Origin: Heterodontus francisci
Lineage: Eukaryota
Direction of reading: 5' to 3'
Assembly (NCBI RefSeq): GCF_036365525.1
Contig: NC_090395.1
Span: forward strand, 65,869,326 to 65,933,325
DNA: 64,000 bases
Shown: positions 24,270 to 37,480 of the stretch, piece by piece
Layout of the letters: each line of letters begins with the position of its first letter
Position numbering within the stretch: the first letter of the stretch is position 1
Made by a program: the position numbers and the translations under genes
Notes under the pieces: generated by a model
Told to the model about the DNA's origin: nothing
What the model saw: the letters and a program-made list of their open reading frames with translations, nothing else
Database searches by the model: none

Positions 24270-24690
24270 AAACTTGAGCTCATCCAAAACTCTGCTGCCC
24301 GTAACCAAATCCAGTTCACCAATCACCGCTTTGCTTGCTGATCTACATTGGCTCCCAGTCTGGCAATGCCTTGATTTTAAAATTCTCATCCTTGTTTTCA
24401 AATCCCTTCATGGCTTCACCCCTCCCTATCTCAGTAAGCTCTTCCAGTGCTACAACCCCCCCAAGATCTCTTCACACCTCCAATTCGGGCTTCTTGAGCA
24501 ACCAGATTTTCTTTCACTCCACTATTAGTGGCCATGCCTTCAGCTGCATAGGTTCTAAACTCTGGAATTCCCTCCCTAAACCTCTCTCCTCCTTCAAGAC
24601 ACTCCCTAAAAGCTATCTCTTTGACCAAGCATTTGGCCATTTGGCCTAATATCCTCTGACGTAGCTCCGTGTCAAATTTTGTTTGATAAC
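24270..24690 (+). mobile_element. L2 LINE 3' fragment
   Basis: PITALLADLHWLPV..DFKIL and KLWNSLP..FKTLPKSYLF. Confidence 0.85.
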
Positions 24691-25629
24691 AAATATGGAC
24701 ATGGTAACTGGACCCAGATTTCATCTGACTACTGATCAGTGGAGCAGTGAGAAAATGATTCCCATTACATCCTAGAAGCCCTGATATACACTGGCCTCAA
24801 TCCTAGCCCCAAGGCTCTGGAACCTAAAAGACATTGCGCTCTCCCCCAGCATTTCAAGGACTGTACTCTGTGTATCTGTTGAAGAGGCACAATGCCTCCT
24901 GGGCCACTAGGGTTGTGGGAGATGGTTGCAGATGTAGATGAAGCTGTCACACATTCCATGGAATTTTCCTGAATCTCTCCCTAGGTCCAAGAGGGAATGG
25001 GGAGAACATTGATCAGAGAAAAGCTGATATTTCATTCATCTGATGTCGTCATAATTTTGCAACTGTCATATCACTTGAGAACATATCATTGCACTTTGGA
25101 AGTACTCCAACAAAAGGAAGAAAATATTTATTAATATTTGATAAATATTCCATATGAATTTAGCCGCTTAGATTTAAAAGAAACGCAACTCTAATCCTTT
25201 TATCATTTACATTATGTTGTCAGTCATGGTAACTGGCCACACTTGTTTGAAGAATGGTATACAGATAGTAAAGGTGCTTTTGAATATTCCACAATAGCTT
25301 GGGGCTACTTATAAGATTTTTGATTATCTCAGTGAATCACAGTTTAATAAACTGCTCTTAAATCATATTTTATGTTCTGGAATCTGATTTAAAGTTTTTT
25401 GACTGCAATACTCACAGCATTCAACAGTGGCAGTTATCAAACAATAAGCATTTTAAATTTGCACTGTCATTACTTTTCTCTTTGCGGTCACTATATTAAC
25501 TTCGATTCAATTTAATACAGTTTCTCAAAACATCCAATTAGTTACTCCACACAGCAACAATGTTGTAGAACTATTTTCATTTGGCGCTATATTTGAGGTT
25601 GCTTTCAGATAGAAATTCCTCCAACCCAC

Positions 25630-25980
25630 TTTATATTTGTAACTCTTGCAGCTCTACAACTCCACGAGAACACTGCATTCCTCCCACTCAAGCATTTGCT
25701 CCATCCCTGACTTCCTTTGCACCACCATTGGTGGCTGAGCCTTCAGTTGTCTAGGCCCAAGCTCTGGAATTCCCTCTCTAAATGTTTCTGCCTCTCTCTC
25801 CTCCTTGAAGGCCATCCTTGGCTACCTTGAAGGCTACCTCTTTGAAAAAGATTTTGGTCACCTGTCCTAATATCTTCTTCTTTGGCTCAATGTCAACTTT
25901 TTTCTGATTACGTTCCTGCGAAACACCTTGGGACATTTTACTACGTTAAAGGTGCTTTATAAATACAAGATGTTGCTGTT
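25630..25980 (+). mobile_element. L2 LINE 3' fragment
   Basis: Colinear with the 24450-24690 and 27655-27937 copies. Confidence 0.75.
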
Positions 25981-27099
25981 GAACTGAGTCTAGGAATTGA
26001 GTGGGCTACGGAGGCAGGATCGTGACTCCTGTGAGTGTGGGGAGCAATCCTGCTCCTCCTTGTTCCATAGGAAGGTGTTTTCTTTTTTAATTAAAAACCT
26101 ACATTTGGTTGATGGCTACTGAGGATGCTGAAGAACCCTGAGTGGGCAAGCCTGAAACCTGCCCTGCTCATGTAGTGATCAATTTGTCAAAGGGGCCCTT
26201 TAATAGGTGTTCAGCTCCTAATTTACATTTTAAGGGGCTCTACACCCGTTTTGGCATCTGCCCAAAACACCTAAAAAAAATGGGCACCAAAAATTTGGCT
26301 GTGGGACCAACACCTGCGCATTCTGGGTGCAGGCCATGCCACTCCTAACTTAACCTTTCAAGCATGAATAGCGTGATATGCCAACTGATCTAATATCTTC
26401 TCTTACATATTTCAGGAGAAAACAAACCTGAGCACAGTAACTCTCCGGCTCAATTTTCAAGGTAACCTGGCATTAAATGAAGCCAATTGGAAAATCCAGA
26501 TTTCAGTCTAACCGGTAATATAAATCTCATTTATACTGATAATCAACCAGGTGTGTAACTGTTTCTTCAAGCTGAGATATCACTGTGATACAATCAGCAC
26601 TGTCTATCTTTACATGACAGTCACAGAGGGAATCTCTCTGTTTGCTCTGAGTGCTGGGGAGATATAAATGTGCTGACAGCAGATGCCACCACTGCTAGCT
26701 GTCTTATTTTCCACTGACACTGATAACAGTGCCTCAGTATTCATATCAGCGAGGTACTAATATCAAACAGCATGAAACCCAAGGACAAGGATGAGTTTCC
26801 ATGCAGATTTCACATTTGTGTGCTGGTTGCCTCCAACTTTACACTAGAACGGCTTCACCCCAGTAGATTATTACCAATACAAATGGAGTTCTTAAAATCT
26901 GTAGTTTGAGCTATGATTTGACATGGCAAACTCAACAGCATATGATTTAAAACATTTGCCAAACAGAGCATGGCAAGAGTCAAAACTAACCAGGCATTTT
27001 GGTAGCATACAATTGCAAAATAAATAACTCTGACAATTAGTTGTAGTCTTCCAGAAGACACTGAACATGAAGTGGGCTTTTCAATGCCACATCTACACC

Positions 27100-27650
27100 T
27101 TGAGTAGATGGTGGTAAACCGTGGTGTACCTAGACTTCGAAGAGACTCGGCAAAGTGCCATATGAAAGAGTATTAGTTAAAATCAAAGCTGCTGGGATTC
27201 AGGGTAAACCCTGAGAATGGATCAGAAATTAGCTAAAAGTGAGAATATAAGTACTTGTTAAACGAGTTATGTCAGGATGGGGAGAGATACTCAGCAGGTG
27301 CCCCAAAGCTTAGTATTGGGATCACCACTGCCCCTAATTTGCAAAAATGACCAGAATTCAGAAATTCACTGCAAAGTGCTCAAACTTGCAGATGATAGCA
27401 AACTAATAGGGCAGTGGAATTGGAGGAGGCAGCTCAGAAATCATAGAATGAAATGGATAAAATATCCAAGTGGACAGAGAAATGTAAGATGAAGTTTACT
27501 GTACTGCACATCGGAAGGTCAAATAGGTAACAGAGATGAAATAGCTAAGGATGAAGCAGGAAATGATGAAAGAGTTTTATATGACTTGAAACTCAGCATG
27601 TTTGACCAAAGCAAAGCAACAATCAACAATATCAAGGAAATGTTGAACCA
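27100..27650 (+). mobile_element. Old CR1-type RT fragment
   Basis: VVYLDF.K, VPQSLVLGSPL and KLADDSKL remnants. Confidence 0.65.
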
Positions 27651-27654
27651 CAAC

Positions 27655-27937
27655 CAGTCTCTTGATTATCCCTGATTTCAATCGCTCCACCATTGGCAGC
27701 TGTGCCTTCAGCTGCCTGAGCCCCAAGTTCTGGAATTCCCTCCCTAAACCTCTCTACCTCTCTCTCCTCCTTTAAGATGTTTCTTAAAATCTACCTCTTT
27801 GACCAAGCTTATGGTCACCTCTCCTAATATCTTCCTATGTGGCTCAGTGTCAAATTCTGTTTGATAACACTTCTATCACGTGCCTTGAGACATTTTGCTA
27901 CATTAAAGGCACTATATAAATACAAGTTATTGTTATT
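27655..27937 (+). mobile_element. L2 LINE 3' fragment
   Basis: gccttcagctgcc...tctggaattccctccctaaacc...cactatataaatacaagttattgtt. Confidence 0.8.
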
Positions 27938-28239
27938 GCACTGGCTTCTCTGAGTGAGAAGATGATGAGTTCAAGTTCCACTTCAAAACTTGGGCACATA
28001 ATCCAGGCTAACATACTTCAAGGTTAGGAATGAGGGAGTGTTGGAGGTGCCATCTTTTGGATAAGATCTTAAACTAAGGCATTGTCTTCCTGTTCAGGTG
28101 GAAGTAAAGGATCCAACAAAATATGTGAAGAACAAGAGTGTTTTCATGTCTCTGGTTGGATGGGTCAAGTGGATTTCCTCATCTATAACTACCTTACAAT
28201 CTACTGAGTGAAGTAATTTTGCAGTTACAGAAAATACGA

Positions 28240-28615
28240 AAATATGAACATATGAATTAGGAGCAGGAGTAGACCACTCGGCCCCTCGAGCATGCTCCCC
28301 CATTCAATAAGTTCATGGCTGAACTGATTACTCCACATTTCCACCTACTCCCGATAACATTCCACCCCCTTGCTTATCAAGAATCTATCTACCTCTGCCT
28401 TAAAAATATTCAAAGACTCTGCTTCCACTGACTTTTGAGGAAGAGAATTCCAAAGACTCATGACCTTCTGAGAGAAAAAATTTCTCCTCATCTCTGTCTT
28501 AAATGGGCGACCTTTTATTTTTAAACAGTGACCCCTAGTTCTAGATTCTCCCACAAGGGGAAACATCCTTTCCACATCCACCCTGTCAAGACTCCTCAGG
28601 ATCTTATATACCCTT
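28240..28615 (-). mobile_element. CR1 LINE 3' fragment
   Basis: ERMFPLVGESRTRGH...RRNFFSQ plus a CR1 3' UTR. Confidence 0.88.
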
Positions 28616-28834
28616 GTGTCTTTTAATCTATGAATGAAGCTCTTCATTGTCATCTGTGGTTTGCACTTGAATCAAACTGAAAGCACCCAACTACAGCAGA
28701 AATACCCAAAGCACAATATTTCATATGTGGGTTTAAGTTCTCTTTTCATAGCGACAACCTACTGTATCATTCCTCTTGTTTTTGTTTGTGCCCACAGCGT
28801 ATTTGAAATGGAGATGACAATACTTAATAATAGG

Positions 28835-28930
28835 GGAATAAAAACAGAAAATGCTGCAAAACTCTCAGAAGGTCCGGCTGTATCTGTAGGGAGAGAAACA
28901 AAGTTAACTTTTCAGGTCATTGACGCTTCG
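28835..28930 (-). repeat. Penelope pLTR fragment
   Basis: Reverse complement of the 62475-62560 segment, including the 3' half of the hammerhead. Confidence 0.6.
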
Positions 28931-29854
28931 ATGGTAATTGAAACAATTATTATGGTAATAATATCCCAGAACATCAGAATGACATATTCTTATTTCCTTC
29001 TTGGTCTGCCCCTTCATGCTCCTGCGTCAGAGCCTACTTCCTATGGACCGTGTGGGCAGGGTTTCAAGAGGAAATGCAGCTCATCACTTTCTCACAAGCT
29101 TCTTCTTGTAGTTTCATTGATGGCTGCTTAGACAGGCTAAGTGCAGGGGTTTGCAGTCAATCAGAATAAGTACTTTATTTTAAAATAGAATCAAGTTAGA
29201 AAGGTATTACGAGGAGCCCCAGCATATGTTTAGAAAATATTGTTTTTAAGCTATTAGTGTACAAACACTTTAACAGGTTCATTTGACAATCCTCTCTGTT
29301 ATTTCAACTGAGCCATTAACCTGTTTGGTTTAATATTGCAAACAATAAATTCTACCCCATCAATAACATGGAACCTTTCTTCCCAAATTGACAAATACTG
29401 GGCAAATGCAAAAAATGACGATTTTGGTAAGCGCAAAGGAATACCGTGGGACTGAGAACAAAAAACAGGAAACTCAGAGGAGGTGCTGGCAAAGTAACAA
29501 AGCTGATTTTAACTTCTCTGTATTTTGTCTGCATTTTTTTGATCTAATGTCCATTCATGCATGTCTCAATTCTGCTATAACAACTTCAAAGTTCAGTTAA
29601 AAAGAATTGAGAGACAGGTGGTCTTTGATCAAATATTTTTTCACTTTTTGCCTGCATTCCATTCTGTCTGCCTGCACCATACATTACCAAAGAGGGCAGT
29701 GCCATGCTAGGCCTTCTGCTTGGACCACTCAGCAGTCAGTCACTGGTGTGTAAACTCGGAATTTCCTTCCTTCCTTTTTACAATGTTGACATTTTCTCAT
29801 TTGTACCTGTCTAGTTTTTGGGTCTGCTGTTTAGAAATAAAGAATGTGCGATTC

Positions 29855-30218
29855 AATAGGAGGGCATCAAATCCTCAGCACATCCCAAAGTACCTTCCAA
29901 ACAATGGATTACTTTTTGCTGTGGAGTCACCACTTCACATAGGAAATCATAGCAGCCAATTTGCTCACTAGAAAGTCCTACAAAGAGCATAAAAGAAAGA
30001 AAGACTTGCATTTATATAGTGCCTTTCATGACCTCAAGATGTCCCAAAGCACTTTATAGCCAATTAAGTACTTTTGAAGTCACTGTTGCAATGTAGGAAA
30101 TGTGACAGCCAATTTGTGCATTGCAAGCTCCCACAAACAGATAATCTGTTTTGTTATTGATGTTGGTTGAGGAATAAATATTGGCCAAGACACCAGGGAG
30201 AACTCCCCTGCTCTTCTT
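29855..30218 (-). mobile_element. SacSINE1-like 3' fragments
   Basis: Reverse complement of the SINE tail (aaagacttgcatttatatagtgcctttcatgacctc). Confidence 0.75.
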
Positions 30219-31214
30219 GTTCAATTGTTTGATGTCATTGTGGAAGAAAATAGAAGGCTTACTACTCAACCTGTCATATAGTGGGAGCTAAGTAAGAAGA
30301 TTTATTCTGAGACGGGTGGAGGAAGGCAATTTTGAAACAGTAATTGCAGTAGTTGCTGCAGAGCTAATTATGTCCTGTTCTGGGATCCATTGCTTTTATT
30401 GAAACTGAGGCAGAAATTTGAGTCATTCCAGCAGATGTTAGTTAAAATTATGTGTAGTTATAACTAATGGTGGTGGTAAACACATAAAATAGAATGCTAA
30501 ATTGGACAGAAGGTTATGTATGGATAATTAATAGAGAAAAAGGATTTTCTAGGCAGCACAGCCCACTGTCATGGTGAGTCAGAGCTCACTGTCACAAGAA
30601 GTGTGAATGCAAATTTCTTAAGTGTGCAGAAATTATTTTACAATTGCCATAAGAGAATCCGTAACCTTTAACTGCATTGTGTATATTAGATCATAACTAC
30701 AGCATCTGGCTATGGGAGGCCACCTAGGGAATCACTGGTCCTTAAATACTCTTCGTTTGGAATCTGTCAAGTAACAGAACAACTTTCCTGGCATTTGCAA
30801 TCCTTAATAAACCTCTGGCTTCAAAATCTATGTGTTGCATTGTTGTGAGCTTGCAAGCAAGAGGTGTTGCATATCTTCAACTAACAACACCGTATATTGT
30901 TTACTATTTGCATATTTCAAGTCAACAATTTAAGTAATTGTTTTCTGTCCTTTGCAATAGCATTACTATAGACAATTCAGTGGTCCATCAGTGTGCAGAG
31001 TTAATGATGCAAAACAACTCTTAAGTCTTCAAAAATGAGTACACCACTGATCCAATGGAGGAGACCAACCCCATTTTTAGAAGACAGTGAAGGGGTGCTC
31101 AGTAGTGTAGTGACTTGGGCATTAGCCTTTCATTTCTGGGACCGAGGCTTAAATCCAACCCAAAGTGATGGGATAAAAGTAATTTACTGTAGACATTTCA
31201 AGCCAATGTTCAAA

Positions 31215-31750
31215 CAGCAACTTGCATTTGTATAGTGCCTCTAACAGAGAAAAGAACTGCCCCAAGGTGCTTTACATAAGCATAGTTAGGCAACTACCTA
31301 CACCAAGCCAAAAAAGGAGATTTTAGGAGAGGTAACTTAGGCTTGGTCAAAAAGGTGGGTTTTAAGGAGGTTCTTAAAGGAGAAGAGAGAGATGAAGAGC
31401 TTTAGGAAGGGAATTCCAAAGCTTAGGGCTGAGACAGCTGAAATCATTGCTGAAAATAATGATGTGAAAGGAACAGGGCCAAAGTCGAAGGAACAGAGAT
31501 TTCTTAGAGGGTGGTAGACGTAGAGAACATTAGAGGTAGAGGTGAGAACATGAAAGGATTCGAACATGAGGATGAGAATTTTAAATTTGAAGTATTGGGG
31601 GTTCGGGAGCCAATGTAGGGCTGCAAGCACAGAGGTGATGAATGAATGGAACTTGAGCAGGATAGAATATGGACAGCAGAGTTTTGGATAAGCTGAAGTT
31701 TATGGAAGTTGGAGGATGGGAGACCGGTCAGGAAAGCTTTAGAACAGTCA
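31215..31750 (-). mobile_element. L2 LINE 3' fragment
   Basis: ORF 31337-31630, LHWLP..FKIL...FKNLLKTHLFDQA. Confidence 0.8.
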
Positions 31751-32581
31751 AAATCGCTTCCCTGTCCTTACATGTTACCCTGAATGCTACTTTTCAGTTA
31801 CATACTGCTCCATAGTATCGTTGGATACCAGCCTACGTACCCTGCACCAAAACCACAAGCATTATCCTTGTATCTGCAATCCATTCATCTAAAGCTAAAG
31901 TCCTAACCCAACAATTTTCCAAACTATCAGGTAGAGGAAACACGGTGCCCACATTTTGATTGAGAGACTAGGTGAAGGGACAAGGCTCATGGTGTAAGAC
32001 ATCTTCATCATCTCAAAGAGTGGGAAAAAGGCAAGAAAAGTCAAGATTAATGGCTGGCTGATACCAAGATTAGGTTTTAAAATCCTCCAGGCTGCAGGAG
32101 GAAAGTAAACTTGAGCGAGTTAAGGAATTCCACAGGTCTTGGCAAAGATTGAATTAGATTAGGCGACAGCATGATGGGTCTTGATTTCAGCACAGAAAAT
32201 CCAGAAAAGGGAAAGAGCAGGCAAGAATATGACTGTCCTTCAGTAAACATTTCACATCCTTGCACAGTGTATTCCTCAATTATCATGGTCACTGCAAGGG
32301 GACTGGCTGAAGAGAAACATGGCTTACAAAAAAAAAGAAACTATTTCAATTTTACTTTTGGACAGTTTTCGTCTTCACCGCCTGGGTGATAACCAGGCAG
32401 AGTGAATCACCCGCCCATTACAGAACCCATCCAATTTTCATTCCATTGATTTCATTGGGTTTCCCCTTTTTCTCTAAAACTGTCCTGCAAATGGTTGCTA
32501 CACAGTAGCCAAAATAAATATCAGCACAAATCTCAATGGATACCAGTGAAACAGAATGACTGCCAGGGTTTGCTTGTTTTG

Positions 32582-33390
32582 AAATAAAAATAGAAAATGC
32601 TGGAAATACACAGCAGGTCTGGCAGCATCTGTGGAGAGAAAAACAGGGTTAGCAGGCTGGATTTTATGCCCCCCCCCCCCAAAAGTCGGGGAAGGTGGCG
32701 GGGTTGGGGGGGTGGGTGGCTCGGGGGGCTTTTCGCGATCCTCTCCTGCTTCCGCCACCACTTTACACAGAGCAGCGAGAGGCAAGAAACAGCCCGCCCG
32801 CCCCAGGCCAATCAAAACCCTTAAGTGGTCACTTAAGGGCCTCCGCCCACCACCACAGGATTTTACCTGTGGCCGGTCAGGCGGCTCAGGCCCAAGAGAA
32901 GCTGCCTGACAAAAGCAGGCGACTTTCTGCTAGGCTGGGGGAGCAGCCCTCATGATCAGGCACCCTGTGCCTGAGGGAGGGATGCCCCCACTGTGCTAAC
33001 CACCCCCAACACCCAACACGCCCCCGGTTCCCCCGATCAACCACTCTTGCCTTGCCGGGCCCGATTGATCACCCCCGGCGTGGCCCCCAAAACTTACCTT
33101 TGTAACGGGGCTCCCCAACGTCTTCCTTATGATGGCTAGGTGTAGTGCCAGCAGTGGCCATTGCTCCCGGTGGTGCTGCTGGATACTAAGAGCTGCCGGC
33201 CTGCTGATTGGCCTCAGACCAATTAAAGGACTTGGGACTGCAAAATGTGGTCCGGATTCAGGTTGACCATTTCTCAATTCCTGAAACGTTAACTCTGTTT
33301 CTCTCTCCACAGGTTGCTGCCAGACCCGCTGAGTATTTTCAGCATTCTCTGTTTTCGTTTCAGATTTCCAGCATCTGCAGTATTTTGGCT
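32582..33390. repeat. Inverted pair of Penelope pLTR fragments with a MITE between them
   Basis: 32582-32653 is the reverse complement of about 33288-33360 (aaatgctggaaatacacagcaggtctggcagcatctgtggagaga versus tctctccacaggttgctgccagacccgctgagtattttcagcatt). Confidence 0.72.
32655..33253. mobile_element. GC-rich MITE, same family, opposite orientation
   Basis: Starts GGCTGGATTTTA; internal motifs are reverse complements of those at 18630-19369. Confidence 0.72.
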
Positions 33391-33450
33391 TGGTTTGTCT
33401 GTGTGTGTATGTGCGTGTGTGTTCTTGTGTGAGTGTGTACAGGTATGTGT

Positions 33451-34431
33451 TGTTACGAGATTGCTTCTATTTATTTTGTAAAATATGTTTTAAGAACTTA
33501 TACTTGAATTATGAACACTGATTCATCTGGGATTTTAAAGAGACTGCTGAACTTTCTGTTTTTTTGAAAAGAAGTTACCAAAAGGTTCCTGGTTTTGGCT
33601 AGTAAACAAATCTCACTGGAAGGCATCTGGGTGTGGATCGTCGCCCAGCAGGGGTTGTTCTGACTTGGGGTGATGTTTACAAAGAAGTGACAAGCCAAGA
33701 TTTATAAATGTCAGGAGACTTGACTTCTGGAAGGTTTTCGTTTCAGTTTGAAATGTTACAACAGAGAGTTGATTTTTGCCTGCCAGCAGAACAGTTCAAT
33801 TCTCTCTCACTTGAAAACAAACCCTGCATCTAGTGTTGCAGTTTCCTATTTCCGCCTGTATTTGAAGAAACCTTTGCATTTCGAATGTGTGGGAACTGAA
33901 ACCTTGTTACTGCATTCCTGCTGTAAGACTTATTTAGAGCCTCTGTAGCTGCAGTTCTTGGAAAGCCTACCCAAACTGATCTTCAACATCGCCTGGAAAG
34001 ATCCATTCTAGGAAGATCCTATTGACAGCTGCCTATACACATTTGGGATGCCTAACCAAAACAAAGGACAGCTTTCCATAACTTCTTTTCAGCCTAAGTT
34101 TTTTTTTATTCCTTCTGTTTAACAGCTGTAAACAGAAATCCCTTTTATTTTTCCGGTTAACCAGAGTGTATGTGTGTGTATGCAAGTGCATGAGGGGCTA
34201 GGATAATTAAGTGGCTTTAATAGTTCAACTTGTGTGTATGTTTTACTTCATTATTGGTTAAGACTTGGTTTATAAGCAACTGATAATTTTGTTGTTTATT
34301 AATGATACCTAGTTGGTGTGTTTTATTCTGGGGAAAAATGGAGTTTATGATTGACTATATCAGTAAGTGGGAAAATTTAAATATATGTTGTGAGCTGTGG
34401 AGAAGTGGGACTAGAATAAACAGTGGTAACA
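33451..34431. mobile_element. Solo LTR (981 bp), Gypsy-like
   Basis: Perfect terminal inverted repeat TGTTAC...GTAACA; flanks GTGT/GTGC (4-bp TSD with one mismatch); AATAAA near the right end. Confidence 0.75.
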
Positions 34432-35459
34432 GTGCATGTTTGACAAGAATTAGTGTAATTATCAGGGATTAATAGCTCTGACTAAAAGGATTTGGCTTGA
34501 ATGTACATGTACTGCTCTAAGTGTAATATATTGTACTTGACATTTCCTTTATGTATTGATTTTGGAAAAGTAATACAAACTGATAATTAAGTGCCAGTTT
34601 TTCAGAAACTATTGTATTGATGTCTTTACATTATAAATTGAATTGTACTTAAGCTTTTGCAAAACTGCATTGATTAACTGGATAACATGAGGATCAAAGT
34701 GGTCTTGGCAGCTGAGTTGTCATTAAGTGAATAAACTGCTGTTACAGGCTGCTTTAATTGGAGGACTGGTGCTGAATGCATTTTCATTGGAGTGCAAGAG
34801 ACTGACAGTTTTTCAATCCCTTATTAAAGAGGGAATTGACTGTATAATGCCTCACTCAATCAGCTATTGGCCACTAGTTTTATAGACAAATATGATGGCC
34901 AATTTACACACAGCTGGGTCCCACAACCAGTGAATGAGATCAATGACCGGTTTATCTGTTTTGGTGGTGTTGTTTTAGAGGTGATTATCGACCAGGACAC
35001 TAGGAGAACCCCCTGGTTTTCCTCAAATATTGCTTTGGGACCCTTTGTAGTCAATTATGACAGCAGTTCCAATGACCATTTGGTTTTGCAAGTTGTGACC
35101 CACAATAACAGCAGTGCCATTATGTAATTTATTTGTGACAAATATTAGTCTTTGCCCAGATAAATCACTCTTGCCCAGCACCAAAGAATGTGATTGAATA
35201 TATTGTAATCAGCTCACTAAATTGACATAAGCCTTCTATAATTCTCCTAACCTTCGGATAATGGAAAAATAAATGCTCTTATCAGAACTTGTGATTTAAG
35301 CTACAACTATGAATGATATCTATCGAAGGAAAAGTTTAAACATTAGCATGAATTTAGTACAGCAGCTTTGAATTGAATAGAGAACAATTAGCTTGGATAT
35401 GCAAAATAACAAATGTACAACACTTCACTAATTCTCGTTGTAATACTAAAGGCAAAAAA

Positions 35460-35895
35460 GGAAAGGACCCGCATTAATATAGCACCTTTCATGACCTCAA
35501 GCTGTCCTAAAATGTTTTACAGCCAATTTAAATACTTTTGAACTGTAATCACTGCTGTAAGGTAGGAAACGCAGCAGTCAATTTGCACCTGGCAAGGTTC
35601 CAAAAACAGCAATGTGATAATGATCAGAGAATCTGTTTTAGTGATGTTGGTCGAGAGCTAAAAATGGTCATGACACATGGAGAACACCATGCCCTTCTTC
35701 AAAATAATGCCATGGGATCTCTTACACCCATCTGAGCGGGTTTACATTTCATCCAAAAGACAGCACCTCCAAAAGCGCAGTGCTCCCTCAGTACTGCAAT
35801 GAAGTATCAGCCTGGATTACATGCTCACATCTCATGCTTGACCCCATGACCTTCTGTCTCAGAGGCTAGAGTGCTACCACTCAGCCAAGGCTGAC
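35460..35895 (-). mobile_element. SacSINE1-like SINE, full length
   Basis: Tail through head on the minus strand, ending gtgctaccactcagccaaggctgac. Confidence 0.78.
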
Positions 35896-36974
35896 AGCAT
35901 CTGTAACATAAAACTTACACATGAGGTTTCATTTAGCCACCACCATCTCAATCTCAATGAACTCAGTAGAACTGGCAAACAGCAGCAAAATATGCCTCTG
36001 TGCCTGGGAAAGGAGCTGTCAATCAATTCCTACACTCAGCGGCTCCTCTGAGATGCCCATCAGTAGGACAGGGTTACTTGAGGTCAAGAAAGCAATGATT
36101 AAAAGTTGCAATCGTACCTGAATGACTTCTGTTCACAACAAAACTGATTCAAATAGTTTGGCCATTACAATTGATATGTGGCTGCAGCAACAATATGTGT
36201 TTGAACTATTCAGACCTAAAAGAGATGTAGGCTGAACAATCAGACTAGTTGAAGTGATTGCTTGCAGCCACTCGCCATAACAAAAGACCGATTGACCTCC
36301 TATGGCATTCCTAGCCACACATTCGCAATGGGGATTCTCAAACAATCTAAGAATGCAATAAGGAAAATTAAACAGACTAATCACAACTCATCAATACATA
36401 CAAATATGTATCTCTTTCCTATGATTTGCATTTGACAGAACCCCCAATCATCACAGTGATGTCTTTATTAAATGATTCATGCCTCTGGAATGATTCAACA
36501 TTTACTGGGAGTTCATCAGTTAGAAATGCTGTAATGCTATCAATATATACAGGAAAAAGAAACTGAGAAAAGCAGAAATAAAATTAGTTTGAGGGTAGAA
36601 AGAATTTCTCATTTTATTCCAGTACAGATAGCATTATATACAATGATCTGTGCTTCACAACCAATAAAGGGAAGAACTTGTATTTATGTAGTAATCTCAT
36701 GACCTCAGGACATGTTTAACCAACTCACAGCCAATTACGTAGTTTTAAATTGTAGTCACAGCAGTAGTCAATTTCCACATACCAAGTTTCAGAAAGAGCA
36801 ACCGATTATCTGATCTTAGCGATGTTGGTTGGCACTGGGAGAACTCCCTTGCTCTTCTTCAAAGTGTTCCATGGAATCTATTTCATCCACCAGACAGGGC
36901 AGATGGGGCTTTGGTTTAATGTCTCAGCCAAAAGATGGAACTGGTGTCAGCCGAGGTTATGTGCTCAAGTCTCT

Positions 36975-37480
36975 GAGGGTCCTTGAGAGGGTGCAGAGGA
37001 GATTTACCAGAATGGTTCCAGGGATGAGGGATTTTAGCTACAAGGTTATGTTGAAGAAGCTGGGGTTGTTTCCTTGGAGCAAAGGAGATTGCAGGGAGAT
37101 TTGATCAAGCTGTACAAGATTATGACAGGTTTAGATAAGGTAGTCCAAGAAAAGCTGTTCCCATTACCTCATGGTACAAGGAATAGGGGACACAGAACTA
37201 AGGTTTTGGGTAAGAGATGTGGTGGGGGGTGGTGGGAAGCTGTGGTGGTGTGAGGAAGGACTTTTTTAAGCAGCAAGTGGTAATGATCTGGAATTCACTG
37301 CCTACCGGGGTGGTGGAAACAGAGATGATGAATGCTTTCAAAAGGAAATTGGATGGGCACTCGAGGGAAATAAATTTGCAGGGCTATGGAGATAGAGCAA
37401 TGGAATGGGACAGACTGGATTGCTGTACAGAGAGCTGTCATGGACATAATGGGCTGAATGGCCTGGGTGTGCCATAATAA
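36975..37480 (+). mobile_element. CR1 LINE 3' fragment inserted into a minus-strand SINE
   Basis: LERVQRRFTRMVPGMR motif; SINE sequence resumes at about 37490. Confidence 0.82.

Noticed and set aside
25411-25452. ATG...GTGAGT on the minus strand as an alternative leader exon
   Set aside because: In-frame TGA after four codons.
26416-26461. Plus-strand exon-like segment (tttcag...AAG|gtaacc)
   Set aside because: No partner exons or recognisable protein; splice-like signals alone are insufficient.
28634-29131. 165-aa ORF
   Set aside because: Runs through a Penelope pLTR fragment and has no recognisable domain or exon structure.
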